64,000 bases of DNA, taken from Lama guanicoe. Taxonomy: Eukaryota. Both the position numbers and the translations under genes were made by a program. The stretch covers positions 4,279,374 to 4,343,373 of the forward strand of contig MU054220.1 in NCBI GenBank assembly GCA_013239625.1. The letters are read 5' to 3'. Below, one piece after another: positions 1-14,420 of this stretch. Below the pieces are notes generated by a model. That model was not told the DNA's origin. It ran no database searches and saw only the letters and a list, made by a program, of their open reading frames with translations. Every line of letters starts with the position of its first letter. Position 1 is the stretch's first letter.

Positions 1-3000
1 CACTGATGCGTATGGTGGCCAGCCAGGAAAGGGACTCAGAGGGGAACTGTTATTCGCTCAGATGTAACACGCCAGGCTCGAAAAGAGCTGCCAGCCACCA
101 GCTTCTTCAGATACTAAGTGAAGAGGGCACGCCGCAAGTCCTAAACATTTTTTGGTTTTCAAAAAGCTCAGCTTTGGCAAAAGGGTTCTAGCTACTGTAA
201 AGCTTTAGCACAGACCCAGCACAAATGCTGACCCAGAACCGCCCTGACAAGGTTTGGTTTTGTGCAAGACAGACCCGGCTCACTGGGACTCCCAGTGCCT
301 GCTGTCCACCAGCAGCCACGGGGACTGACTCCAGTGCTGGCCCCAGAGCACAATGCTGCAACCATCCGTCATCCAGAGACGAGAAGGAAACACCTGAATC
401 CCCAGTCTCTCCAGGCAGCCACTAGGTCAGACTACATGAAGGCCCAAGAGGTCAAGGAATGGAAGTCTGCAGCACTGGTTCTCACTGAAAGCTGAGACAC
501 TTCCAATAAAGAGGCTTTCTGCTGCAGGGATGCCTCTTGCATTTTGGGGCCCTGCTTTAGGAAAGTTGCATTTTTATTACTCTTGGCTGTAAGAACCCAG
601 TTTCTCGGTGGCCTAGATGAACGCAAAGGGTATAAGCCTGCCGTAGGGCCCACGCACGGCAGGGTGAGACAGATGGTTCCATGACCAGCAAGAAAACTCT
701 CCCTGGATTCCCAACAACCCTGAGCACAGCTTCAGGTTTAGGACTCTGGGGCTTGTGTCTAGGGAAGAAAGCAGTTAATTCCCTAGCAGAAGGATCATAG
801 CCACAAGGCTTATGACAAACAATCCTGAGACCCTGTCCAAGACCAGGTACTTGTGGCACTTCCACGGGCAGACAGCTCAGAGAGGGACACACAGAAGGAC
901 AGAGAGAGCCTTCTTTAGAAAGTTATCCACTAGCTTTTAAAAGAGGTTATTATGAAGTCCGATTCTATGATAGGCAGTTTCCATCCTTCTGCTCTCCCAG
1001 TAAGAAGAGGAAGAGTGGGACAGTTTATTTAGAATCACACAGTGTATCACCTCTCCCACTCTCCCTGGCTGAATATACAGACAGCTATAAACTTTACTAA
1101 TTCAGTTTAAAATGTAACTGTTATATAGAGCCTCAGCTCCAGAATTCTCCAAGTAGCCAGGCTCCCTCACCAATTAAATCTGAGCTATGGCTAAGCCTGT
1201 CTTTTCCTTCTCCTTGGTTCTTCAATCCAGATTAACATTAAGTCTATAGATTTTCCACTACCATTATCTACTGGCTTGCCCTGTCTTCAGTCTGTCATCT
1301 TTAATTCATCCTGTGATCTGACTGCCTGGACCACACACCTCTTTACAAACCTACTCTCTTCACTGCTTTCAGCATTTCAGCTGACCTCTTAGCCTGTCTA
1401 TCAGCCAGCCCTATGCGGCCAAGCCCACCTAGCTTCCTTCCTTCCAGGATCAACCTGAACACAAGTCCCGCCCTCGTCACATCAGTCTGCGATGACTCCA
1501 TGTGACCACACACCCCCCACTTGTTCTAACATAGGTGCCTTTCCTCTTGGTGCTTCCTACACCAGGAAAACCCACTCAGAGATGGTTTTACATTCTTGTG
1601 GGAAAAAAAAAGTGGGGCATTCCGTACTATTTTGCTGTCTCCTCATGATTCTTTACAAGTATGTACTTGTCATTACCTTGGGGAATCGTGAGCAAAATAA
1701 TCCAAATAAATTCCCATAATTTATTAGCACCCACGAGGTTTAACTAGCCGCCACCACCTGTGGGACACCCAGGCAGTGAAAAGAAGGCATGAGCGTTTTG
1801 TGCACTAACACCACACAGTCGCTCCGAGTCAATTCCCATCCCCACACGAAGGACTGACTTTATAACCCGCATTATTAGCCAAGAGTGTTTCACATCTCTC
1901 AGGTGAAAAATGCTCAACACTTAAGTGCTACCAATAATTTTTATGGTTGGAAATGAGGATCAAAGTATGAAAGGAAAAATAAATTCACGGGTTCATACAT
2001 CCAGCCAAGTCTGCGTGGCTCATTTTCTGCCACATGTTTTAAACTGCCTCTCTTAAAAGGCGGGGGAGGGGAGGAGGAACAAGTTGCATTTTATTTCCCA
2101 GCTTTTTAGGACTGAAATAAAAGCAGACAGACTTGGGAGGTGGGGTGGGGGAAATCAAACATTTGAGTAAGACTATACACTGCTACTGTTCCCCCAGGAG
2201 CTCTTTGCAAATGAGTATCAAGAACTCAATAGATATTTCCCTGGTAAAATATATAAACAGATAAATAAATTATCCCAGGCTGAAAAGAATTTCCACATCT
2301 GGTAGCTCACTAGAGCTTGTCAAACAAGTCAGAAACACGCAAGGCCAGAGAAGATCATTCTTTCACTCCTGATTTTGGGGCTGGAGAGGGAGTGCAACGT
2401 TTCCCAAAGCTCTTCGCCTTCCAACAGGGAATATAACCCATTTAAACAGGCAAATGACCCCAATGTTTTCTTCCAATTAAATAAATAATGATACCCAGGC
2501 ATCAGGTCTCAAATCCAAATGTCTGTGCTCAAGTCACAGACACTGGAGGAAAAAAGGGCTTTCCTACAAGGTCTGGCCTTTCGTTCCCAAGATCTTGCTA
2601 GAGTGTCCCTCAAAGGGTTATATTCACTGTACACTTAACACCTTGGAGAAGTAACTTAACCTCTTCACACCTCAGTTCTCTCAGCAGTAAAGCATGAAGT
2701 GACAGGATGATCTCTAAGGTCCCTTCAAATTCTGACACCAGGTTTCTTTAAAACAGAGCTTGCCGACTGGGGTGCTACGAACGGTTAACAGGCTTGTGGA
2801 GATTTGGATCCTCTCAGCCAGATGGGCAGGGAAGCTGGGGTGGGTCACGTCTAGTGCAGCGGCCTTGTTTGTGGACCCCAGTACACAGTATTAACATTCC
2901 CTATGTGTACGATGTCCCTTAAGCAAGCCATGGAGCCTGTTACTTTAAAACGATCTCTGTAAGGCAATGCTTTCAATCCTCTAATAAAAGCACCGCCTTA

Positions 3001-3699
3001 AAATGCCCTCTTGTCTGTGAAACGCATGCTGGGACTCTGGTGCCTGAGCCTACATGTCAGGCCTCAGAAGAGGTGTCGGCAGAACCATGATCAAAACAGG
3101 CCTCGGGTCACCACATTCTCCTCCAGCGAAGGCAACTGCTGTGCCCTCCCTCCCACGCCTAACATGCTGCTGGCCATCCCCTCCGAATATCCCTGGATCC
3201 TCACACATGCAGCCTCTCTGGGCTTCACAGGAAAGAGAAGGACTTTTATGCAGAGAACTTTGACACTTTTCCACATGCAACCACACCTTACACACTTGCC
3301 TGCATTCTGATCCCTTAGATTTGTTACACCGGAGGGATTTTAGGAAGTCATTCGGTCTATTCTTCTGGCTCCAGGCAGGACCAGAAAAATCACCTTAGAC
3401 ATTGGAGGACTGCTGGCGGCCCCTTTCTGAAAAATTCCCACATGGGGAGACACCTCTGTCTCTCCGGTTTTCTCTAAAAATTCTTTGGAGCCACAATAAG
3501 AAAGGTCTGCTGCATGGTTTCTCTTTTGAGTCTCACATTTTACATACTGTATTTAAACCATTTTTTATTTGAACTAGGATAATTCATTTAACTACTATAG
3601 AAATGATAAAGGCCATACATACACATACACAAAACCAAATCAGAAATGAAGATGTCTATTTTAGAGAAGAACAAGCAAGGTGATGTTCTGGTTATATTA

Positions 3700-4500
3700 A
3701 AAATACCAGTGTAACTAACCTTACATAACAGAACTAGTAAGATCATACCTTTCTAGAGGCACATGGAACATTTACGAAAAAGACCTTTTACTGAGCCATA
3801 CAGTCTCAATAAATTACAACATAATGAAATCATATGGAGTATATTTTCTGACCACAGTGGAATCAAATCAGAAATCAAAAAGAAAAAGATAACCTTAAAA
3901 ACTGACAAAAGTAAGCACTATACTTTTATATAACTATAGGTCAAAGAAGACATTACAATAGATATTAGAAAATATTTTAAATTTAAGGATAATAAAAATA
4001 AGACAAATCAAAACTTGAGAAGGTACCTAAAGTAGTAATTAAGGAAAACTCTACAGCTTTAAGTGCATATATTAGAAAAATATTGAGATCAATGATCTAA
4101 GTTATCAAATCAAAAGGTTAGAAAAGTAACAGCAACTTAAACTCAACAAAGTCAGGGAAGAAATTAATCAAGAAAAGAATACTTAATGAAATACAAAATA
4201 AATATACACTAAAGAAAAATCAACAAAATCAAAAGTTGACTCTCTGCAAAGATTATGACACTGATATACCTCTAACAAGGCTGATCAAGAAAAAACAAAA
4301 ATCATCAATATCAGGAATGAAAAAGAGCACATCATTCCAAATCCTATAGACTTTTAACAGTTAGATAATATTACAAATGATTTAAAGCAATGTATTTTAC
4401 AATTTAGATGAAATGAACAGATCCCCTGAAAAACACAACTTACCAAAACTAACACAAGAAGAAACAGAAAGTCTGAGTAGCACTAGAGCCATTAAAGAAG
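3700..4500 (+). mobile_element. Old L1 ORF2 fragment (end of endonuclease region onward)
   Basis: A-rich, with degenerate L1 motifs: cacatggaacatt, ttttctgaccacagtggaatcaaa, acaacttaccaaaactaacacaagaagaaacagaaa. Confidence 0.85.
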
Positions 4501-4624
4501 CTGGGTCTGAAATGAACATGCAAGAGTGTTGGCTGAGACAGAGGGCAGTGGGGTGGGCAGCAATAAGAAGAAAGTTGTAAATACCAACTGTGGCCCCCAG
4601 ACCAACCTGCAGAAGCAAGAATGT

Positions 4625-6270
4625 AGCAGCCATTAGTCCTTAGTCATTCTAGTGGGTATACAGTGGTAACTCATTGCGCTTTTTACTTTAGAATTGCCGT
4701 AATGCCTATGAAGTGGAGAGTGTTTTCATGTTAGTTTACATCTCTGTATCTCCTTTTTAAAAGTAACTGCTTAAATCTCTTGCACATCTTTAACTGACTT
4801 GTTTTCTTATTATAGAAATGAGACGTTGTTATATATTTTGAAAATATTTTTTCCCATCTATGACCTGCCTTTTTATTTCCTCAGATGTGTCTTTTTAAAG
4901 TATTAATTCTGATGAAGTCCAACTTATCCATTTTGGTTTCTTTTATAAATCTTGCTATTTGTCTCCTATTTAAAAAAAAAAACCACTGCTTAGCTCAGGT
5001 ACACTAGGATTTTCTCCATTGTTTTCTTTAAGACGTTTTTATCATTTTAGTTCCTGCATTTAAGACTAGGATCCATTCTGAATTGCATATGGATATCAAA
5101 TTGCTCCAGTAATATTTAGTGAAAAGCTTGTCCCATCTCTACTGAACTGACTTGGCTCTTTTATCGAAAACTGATTGACCACATATGTGTGGTCTATTTC
5201 TGGACTCTTTATTCTATTTCATTGGTCTATATGCCTAAGTTTACACCAATACCACAATGTCTCCATTAGTGTAGATTTATAAAAGTCTTAAAATAAGGCA
5301 GTCTGCAATTTTATTCTTCTTTCTCAAAATTACTTTGGCTTTTTCAGGTCCATTGTGTTTCCATTTCAATTTTAGAACTAGTTTGTCAATTTCAATTTTT
5401 TAAAAAGCCTTCTGGGATTTTGACCAGGCCTGCTTTGAATCTATATATCAGTTTGGGGGAGAACTTACACCTTAATAATAATGAGTCTTTGAATCCAGAT
5501 GTATGATACATCTTTCCATTTATGATGTTATTCTTCAATTTCTCTCAGCAATGTTTTGTAGTTTTCAATGAACTTATCTGGCACACATTTCATTACATTT
5601 TTCAAGCATTTCATTTTTTATGCTATTCCAAGAGTATAAATACATTTTTTTACAGCTTTTTGGAAATACAGTCAACATAAGATAAACTGAACCTATTTAA
5701 AGTGCATAATTTGGTGTGTTTGACATTTGTATACACCTCTAAAACCATCATCCCAATTAAGATAGTGAACATATCCATTTCCCCTAAAAGTTTTTTGTGC
5801 TCCTTTGTTATGCTCCCCTCCTGCTCCTTGACCCTCCCCCACCCCTTTTCCAGGCAACCACTGATTTTTCGATCGCTAGAGATTAGTTTGTATTTTCTAT
5901 AAGTGAATCATAAAATATGTTATCTCTTTCATCTTGCTTCACTCACTTGGTATATCTATTTTTAAATGCATCCATGTTGTTGTATGTATCAATAGCTCAT
6001 CTACTTATTACTGAGTAGTAATCTATTGTATGGATATACCACAATTAGTTTATTCATTCAACTTTTGATAGATTTTTTTTCCTCCAGTTTTTGACTATTA
6101 CAAATAAAAGCTGCAAGCACAAATACAAATACCTGTCTTAGAGTACAAGTATTTGTGTATTCATATGCTCCCATTTCTCTCGGGTAAATCTCCATGGGAG
6201 AATGGCAGGGTCACATGGTAGACTGACGTTAAACATTCTGAACTCACACTGTTTTCTACAATGTCTGTTT
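4625..6270 (-). mobile_element. Old L1 (L1M-type) fragments: ORF2 3' part and 3' UTR
   Basis: T-rich, with gatgaagtccaactta, gtggtctatttctggactc, ccaggcaaccactgat and catccatgttgttg typical of antisense L1M. Confidence 0.85.
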
Positions 6271-6354
6271 TCAGATTACGAACCCCAGTAAAGCAGAAAG
6301 GCATGTAGGCCAGAGTAACCTGTCCTCTATGTGAAAACATGCATGCTGGTGGTC

Positions 6355-6480
6355 ATGATTTATTCAGCCATCAAATATTACTGAGTGACTGCTGAATGGA
6401 CTGAACTGGGTTAGGCACAGAGGATACGGCAATCAGCAAGACATGGTTCTTGGCCTTACGGGGCTTACATTATAGAAGAA
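6355..6480 (-). mobile_element. L2 3'-end fragment
   Basis: tattcagccatcaaatattactgagtg...aggatacggca...gggcttacatt resembles the reverse L2 3' end. Confidence 0.6.
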
Positions 6481-7354
6481 AAGCAGACACTAAACAACAC
6501 ACTTCACAGTTAATTGTGTGCTTACAAAGAGGCAGAGTGCTCCAATCTGGAGACTCTGAAAGCTTCTTTGAGTTAGCAACTGTTTGAGCTGAGTGCTGAA
6601 GGGTGAACAGCAATCAAGATAGATATAATCTTCATACACCGTGATAACTGTGACAAACCAGCAGCTCTGGGTTCCAGCGTAACTCCCCAAGAAACACATT
6701 TATGTTATGATTTGTTTATTCACTTAATCTGTCAAGCTTGCATGAACATAATCCTCAGCTTTGGCATAAAAAACGTAATTTTAGGAGCACCATCATCTTT
6801 TGTCTTCCGACTCAACACAAAACTGGGTACTCTCTTCAGAAGAGAAGTGTCCCTTTTGAGTGATGAAAACAACAGCCAACCCTCCTCACGAATCGCAGTG
6901 GAATCACCAGCAGAATCAGCAGTAGTTGTGGGAGCAGTGGCATCTCGTAAAGTGCAGAGCACGCTGCCCACCACCCAGAACGTGCACTTACTGAGCACTG
7001 TCCAGCTGGTGGCACTACACTATCTTACCTAAGGGACATGATGACCCAACGAAGTACGTGTTGTTAGTGCCATTTTATTGAAGAATAAACTACAACCAAG
7101 AGATATTAAATAAGTTGTCCATGGTGACAGAGTAGAAATTTGGGCCCAGAGCCATCCTAACTTTGTTCATAATATTAATTACTATGCAAGAAATAACTTC
7201 ACAAAGTTGCCTTAAAGCACCAGTGGTAGAGATGCCTGAGAAATGCATTTGTTTTTCTTAGCATCAAAGTGATTTAGCGATGGATGAGTGATACGGTGAT
7301 GGTTCTGAGGACCAGTAGCTTCTGACAGGGTAAAATCCTCAGGGGAGACAGTAC

Positions 7355-7510
7355 AGAGTCACACAGACTCGGATTTAAATCCCAACTCCTCCACTTATTT
7401 AGCTGTGTGAATGTAGGCAAGTTATGTAACCTTGCTTAGCTTCAGTAAGGAATGAGAAAAACAATAACTGCCTTGCAGGTTTGGGAACAGATCATAAGTA
7501 ATGTATGTAA
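7355..7510 (+). mobile_element. MIR SINE
   Basis: MIR core: ggatttaaatcccaactcctccacttatttagctgtgtgaatgtaggcaagtta. Confidence 0.75.
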
Positions 7511-9237
7511 ACACCCAGTAAATTGACAGGAACATAGTAAGGTGCATAAGACGGTAGTTAGGAAAGTTGTTCCTTCCACAGCATCTGGAAAAGATGGAGA
7601 TGAGGGGTTTCCCTGCCTCTCTGCTCCTCTGATGTGCAATTACTTCCCTAGAGGTAATGTGGAATAAACACAGGGCGTCAGAGAAAAGAGGTGAAGATTC
7701 AAGCTCAGTCCCTCTGGGTTTTGCACTTCCTCTCATCAACGCATTTTTTTCTTTTGCTTGAAACAAATTCAAGGTTGAAAGAGATCCCAGGTTTCAACAG
7801 TCATGAGATCTCAAGGTTTCAATCCGAAGTTGAAAAGAATTCATCTAGTCTACCTTTCTGTTATTAGACTTCATTTAGCTCAATTGAAAGTATCAAAGAG
7901 GCAGCACTCTGACTATCTTGACCACATCATTTGGAATGTTCCCTTTTACCACAAAAATAAACACATGGGTATAGTTTGAAATCATTACATGCAATGGAGA
8001 GTGAAAACACTGGCAGAAAAAAAAATGGTCTTTTGCCATGAGTTGGTTAGAGAAATAAGTAGGTAATTTGCTTTTTTAAAAAATGGGAATGATAATATGC
8101 TAAAAATCATCCAACACTCTAGATGTGATGATATAAAAGACATTTCTATGAATAGAAATAAATCCAGAAAGATGAGTGTATGTTTTATTAGCTACTCTCA
8201 TGCCTTTTACTGACCAGTATCGATATATGGACCAGGGTATCACATATCAGCCAATTTCACAATAATTTCTTCTACACTCAAGTTGATGTATAAATATACG
8301 TATTATATTAAAAACCTAGAAAAACTTGCACTTTTAATTTGTGGTGGTGGTGGTGGTAGGGGAATTTCTATTTCTTCCCCTTAAAATCCACTTTAATTTA
8401 AGGATTAGACGATAAATTTTTATAAAAAATACATGTACCAAATATGGCTTCATTAAATAAAATGTCATGATTTCTTAGAACCTTATTAAATTGAACGAAT
8501 CCTGAGTCAGCTAAAGAAGATGGTTACCTCTCTCCCAAAGGCAGGATGACTACAGAGGACAAATTTCCCCACTTTCCCCTGTGCGGCTGTAGCTAATTGA
8601 TTTCCACACTCTGTTTTGCTTGGGCCTTGATACCATCGTCATCCCCCTGCAGCCGCAGGCCTCTGCCTGTCGCCATCATGCATCTCGGGTACATCCTCCC
8701 TGACAGGCTCATCAATTCCTATTGCTTTTCACCAGGCCTCGGCTCTGGCACTTTCCCCCGGGGAGACCTTTCCTGGTCTCCATACTTAACCCTTGAACCC
8801 AGCCTAATCCATCAGCCGCACTGAATGAACGGTGGTAGACAGTGTTTCTCCCCAAAGACAGGCAACCAGCCTCTCCACTTAAAACTCAGAAAGAAAGCCA
8901 TCAGCAGGGTCTGCTTTCTGTTTGTCAGTGTTGCCAGCTTCTTTGCGTATTGATGTTTTTATTGTTGCCATGGCCAGCTGCTTGAGCTGGGGAAGTGCTA
9001 TTCAAGGAGACATCAATTAAGTGCTTGTTAAACGCTATGGACGCACTTTTGAAAATGTCCCCTGGGACTCTCCTTGGGAGTTCCCCAAACTGATGGAGGG
9101 CACAGTTGTCACTGTGGAATAGGGTTTCCCCAAAGTTTTAAAAAACAGCTTCATAACCCACACTCCTGGGCACGGCTTTTGGACTCTAGCAGGATTTAGA
9201 AATCATGACTTCAGAGAAGGAAACATAATCCTCTTTA

Positions 9238-9567
<330 letters not shown>

Positions 9568-10984
9568 TCAACCTACACCCATGGCTCTCATTAAATCCAC
9601 ATGTACAGCTGCTCAAGGGGAAGTTCTTACAAATGCATTTTTATAGTATTTTATATTATCCATATTTCTATCCTCTCTACATCCTTACAACACTAACAAT
9701 TCTCAATATTGGCTGAATCAGAATCCACAAATTGGCTTCAACTCACAACTGAGAGACAGAGGAGCATAATGACTTGATGACAGTCACAATGACAAGAGGA
9801 CTGCCTCATTCTCAGGCCCATGGCTTGAACATCAGGACTCTACCACTTATGCAAAATCCTTTCAGGTAGGAGCACCCCGGTCCCAAACCTGCTGCAGCTC
9901 TGCTGGGAAATACACGTGCTGAAGATGAAGACGTCCGTCCCCAGGTACCCACCTCCACCACGCCATCACCCACAGCTGCCAGTGCTGCCAGACCCACCCC
10001 CGACAAGACTGTGGCCCTGAATGACTTTAGCTTTCCTAACTTAGCACTTCACCCCCTCAACGGCCCCACTCTTCTGACTCACTGGGTTTGGTTTCTCATC
10101 AGGACCAATTTACAAAGTAGATATCAAATGTCTAGGTCCAATTACGTGGGATTTTCTGGTATACAAGAAACACCAGCTCATGACTTGCTTTACATTTTTT
10201 CCCATTCTACTTTGAAATGATTGAAGCAATCCAACCTCAGGTTCCTTATTTTAAAATGTTACATTTAGCAGAGCATGAAATTAATACTTCTTCGGTACAG
10301 GACCCATGTCCGCAGAACTCAGGCTTCTTTACAGAGGGCAGTTTGCTCTTCACGCATGATTTGTCAAATGAGAGTAGAAAAGGAATCGTTCTGCTTCCAA
10401 AAGCCCATCGCGGAATTGTGGGAAGATCGAGATTTTGTGAGTCTTGAGGCCCAAAAATGCCTGAGGCCACTCCAAAGTCACCATACTTGAGGAGAAGTAG
10501 GACAGAGGGAAAACCGGGAGGGAAAAAGCCTGTCCTAACTGGCTGCAGATAAAATATCTTATTTCTGCATAATTTACCATATAACAAAGCATTGGGATGT
10601 TCCAAGGATCTTGGAAGAGGCCTGTGCAAGCGAGAGGCCCTGTAATTAAGGAAGATATTCACGGTTCTAAACAAGCCCAGAGTCTAAAAAAAGCCCAGAG
10701 CCCCAAAAAGTGGCCAACTCCAAAAGAAGCATGTTTGGAAAAGGACTAAACTGGCGACCAAGGAAGTGATGCTATGGGTCACTGCCTTTTAATCAATAAT
10801 AAATCTGTAGTTAATTGTAGTTCCATTCCTGGCCCAGAATTACATAGTCAATAAATACCTTTGGAATAACTGGACGGACATGGGACTGAGAGACCAGAGA
10901 TCAAACTTGGCATCATCCACGGGGTTCGTAGGCAAGTCCCTTCCTCTCAGGGTAAGAATAAGCAGAGACAGAGAAGGAGACTTT

Positions 10985-11180
10985 CATTAAGCAACCAGCA
11001 TATGCTGGACACTTCACAGATGTAATGTCATTCAATCCTATGGGGCATGACAACCCTATGGGACAGAAGTTATTTACAAAATGGGATTTACAAGGCTCAG
11101 AGAGGTTAAGTAAGTTGGCTGGCAAATAAATGATAAGCTAGTATTTGAATCTGAAGCTGTTTAGTATCAAAGGCCAAGTA
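10985..11180 (-). mobile_element. MIR SINE
   Basis: aggctcagagaggttaagtaagttgg...agctagtatttgaatc is the reverse MIR core. Confidence 0.7.
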
Positions 11181-11409
11181 GGACTTGCACCATCTATTGC
11201 AGCTTGAAAATCACATGTTTCTCTAAATCTGGAACAGAACAATGAAGTTAAATAAGGTTCTCCAGCAGTCATCCTTTTTCTTGTTTGCTTCCCATTCCCA
11301 TTCCCCCTGCCAGATAGATAAAAATAAATCCCTGTCATAAATCTCCAAATCCTTATAAAACATGAATGAACGGTATTATCTAAAGTGAAGGAATTTATAG
11401 CTCTACCTA

Positions 11410-11778
11410 TTAGACAAGTAGTTCTTTAACTTCTTGGTGTGAAGACTCCTTTGTAGTCTTAAATTACTCTTAAAAACTGTTGAGGAGCCCAAAGAGGTTT
11501 TATTTATGTGGGACACACACACACACACACACACACACAATTTACTGTATTCTAAATTAAAACGAAGGAAAATGTAAAACCAAGACCACACGAGCACATG
11601 TTCCATCGATGCCGTGCAGCCTGTGGAAACCTCCACTGCACACTGTGAGAGAACGAGAGTGGGAAAGGGAAGCGACTCAGCATTATTATGAAAAGAATTT
11701 TAACCTCACCTGAACGGCCATCTGAAGGGACCTCAGGGATGTTCAGGGGTCCCTGGACTGCACTTTGGGAACCTCTGT
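11410..11778. mobile_element. hAT-Charlie-type non-autonomous DNA transposon (Charlie1-related) containing an (AC)n tract
   Basis: Ends resemble Charlie termini (gtagttct... and ...ggactgcactttgggaacctctg). Internal ttactcttaaaaactgttgaggagcccaaagag matches my recollection of the family. Confidence 0.7.
11513..11538. repeat. (AC)13 microsatellite
   Basis: Perfect AC run, read directly. Confidence 0.97.
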
Positions 11779-11879
11779 AGTAGACCCTGAATATAGGTTT
11801 GGGTATCACAATAGCAAAGAAGTACCAACAAACTGGAAGATAGTTCATGAGGAGTCATGCTAGCGCAGGTACCTGAATC

Positions 11880-12662
11880 CAGGATTTCTACAAAGTGCTC
11901 AAAGAAACTAGACATGCCAACGTACTGTCTCTCAGCTTCAAATTCACCCTTCATTGCCCTGTTGGTGACACTGGAACCAGACCCTGTAACCATTTCCCCC
12001 TTTGCCATCTGGCACCACGTAGAGCCTTGTCAGTAGACGGCGCTGGAGGGACAGTTTGGGAGGAAAGGGGCTTTTCTTCCTGGTTCTGGTGTGCCATTTT
12101 TACTTGCTTCTTTGGTACTTGGCCAGCAGGCAGGGAGTTGGTGGCACTTCTCTCCAGCAAGTTTCAGTGGCACCCCCAAGGGCAGCTTCCCAGCAGGTTC
12201 TGTAAACACCCCACCATGCCCCCCAGTGAGTCCAACAGCACCTCCGCAGGCAGCTTCCCAGCAGGTTCTGCAGCCCTCTCAGCAACAGCTCAGCCAAGCT
12301 TCTCCTCATGGGTGGTTCCGAGAGAACCGACGCCCAGCAAGTCCAGTTACACACCCTGGCCAGCTTCCTGCTGAATTCCACGGGTATCCAAGGGGGAGGC
12401 TGGTTTCTTGCTTTCTAGTCTTGGTCTGTGGCACCTGAGAAACTTCACTATGCAGTGGGCTACAGCCACACTCTCTCCAATCCGGTCTGAACCTCAGACC
12501 CAGCTGAGGAAGGGGCTCAGCAGATTTATTTCCTGGGGTCTTTGGAACTCTTTTATCAGTTAGTCACCAATCTCCTATTCCTAGTTAATAGTTCTTTATA
12601 TTAAACTTCTCCTGTTCAAGTTACTATGTGGTTCGTCTCACACCCAGACCTTGCCTAATACA
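11880..12662 (+). mobile_element. Old ERVL-class solo LTR
   Basis: Ends in ttctttatattaaacttctcctgttcaagttactatgtggtt...ttgcctaataca, a typical ERVL-LTR 3' end. Has an internal repeat, GGCAGCTTCCCAGCAGGTTCTG x2. The left boundary is uncertain. Confidence 0.6.
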
Positions 12663-14219
12663 CTAGGGATATCAGGAGGATTATCAGATGAGAAGGTAAT
12701 TGTTCTCTCTGGTTAGAATCGTGACCAAAGGTTAGGTGAAAGCTACAGGGAAATTGACTTAGACTCAAAATAAGTAAGAATTTTCTGACGGAACGAAAGG
12801 CCTTCAGCAACACAATGTGCCTTTTTACTTGAACTGTACTAACTTTAGAGACCGAGTAAGATGCCTCTGAGGTCCTAGGACTGTATAAGGCAGTAACATT
12901 TCATAGAAAGAACACTCTTTGGAAAGAGCTTCAAATCTCAGGTGTATCCCTTACCAGCCATGTGATCGTGAACAAGCCAATCACTAAACCTGTTTCTTTG
13001 ATGATGGACATGGAATAGTAACACTATCTTCACAGGTGAGGTGTGAGAATGAACATGAACATGCAGCAGCACAGATCCTGGCACGTGGTAGACACCCACT
13101 AAACGCAGCTGAACTTTTCCTTGAAAATCTGCATCTATTTACAGACCAAAGGATTCTTTTGAATCTTAGGCAGTGGTGGCAAAGTGGTACATGTTATGTC
13201 TGGTACATTACTCTGATGATCCAGTGGCATGTCCTTAGTTTGTATCTTTAATGACCACTTCCAGATAAACAGAATCCTGCCATTAATCCTCTAGAACTAT
13301 GAAAACCTAACATACTAATGAAACAAAAGAACATGGAACTTCTGCCATGTTAATTTCACAAAGCAACAAACGGCCCCTCTTTCTGCAATAAGTACAGAAC
13401 ACAGGCTTGCTGCTTGCGTTAAGTGTAGACTCCTCCACCCTGGAGGAGACCAAGACTTTTACTTGGGGAGTGTGCACACCATGTTCAACAGACAGCATTC
13501 CACATCTTCGCCCTCATATACCCCACAAATTACTCGGGACAATGTCCATAAAGAACTAACTTGCCTCTGTAAAGTCCTTGTTGGGGAAGTTTTAGAGAGT
13601 GATGAAGGCCAAAGAGGATGATATGAGGTGCAGATGGAAATGCAGAATGAATCATGGCTTTTTTGGAAAAGTGATTACCTTCCCCTGTTCTGAGTTAGGC
13701 CTTGATAGCCAGCCAGGTTTGGCAAAAGGCGTCTTCATCTCAACAGTCCAGCTGTCTACGAACCATCATTACCACAAGACAGGGTTCCAAATGGAATTCC
13801 CAGTTTCTCGTTTTCACATTTTCAAATAAAATAAGCCTCTAAAAAAGGGAACTACCATTTTCTAAGGCTTTAGTATTCCTTCTGTGGAAGACAGGGATAA
13901 GAGGGCAGCAATCAAAGAATATGCATTGAAATTACTCCCTGCCCTAAAGCAGATAATTCTGATATGGGATTTCGATTCTGTTTTTAAAAGTAGGACAGGA
14001 GCACGAGATAAAAAGGAAAAATACAGGTGAGAGAGAAGAGAGCTTTCTTTCCCTTTCCATTAGTACTTTCCAAAGAATAGATTTACTTTTCTGCCTTTCC
14101 CTGAGCCCCTGATAAGGACCTGGTTCATCCACATAATCGCAAGCAGAGAACTGATGAAGCACGATGATTTCCCTCCCGCTAAATGGCAACTTGAATAGAT
14201 CCAGTGGGCCCAGTGCACA

Positions 14220-14420
14220 GGCACGAGCTTTGGATCCAGACAGGCCTGTGTTTATTTCTGGCTCTGCCATTTTGCAGCTCTGTGATTGAGGCAAATTACT
14301 CAACTAATCTGAGTTTCACTTTTGTAAGATGGGGATGATAACTGCTTCCCTGCAGGTGTGTCACAGGGACTAGAGACAATACCTGATGTGTGACACACTT
14401 AGCGCAGTGCCTATTATTCA
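14220..14420 (+). mobile_element. MIR SINE
   Basis: ggctctgccattttgcagctctgtgattgaggcaaattact...gtaagatggggatgata...cacttagcgcagtgcct. Confidence 0.75.

Noticed and set aside
7000..7020. CTCF-like CCAGCTGGTGGCACT
   Set aside because: It is a single imperfect match at the edge of a MIR fragment and cannot be supported without ChIP data.
11895..12438. 159-aa and 115-aa ORFs with low-complexity repeats
   Set aside because: They fall within an LTR-like element whose internal 22-bp repeats generate the pattern.
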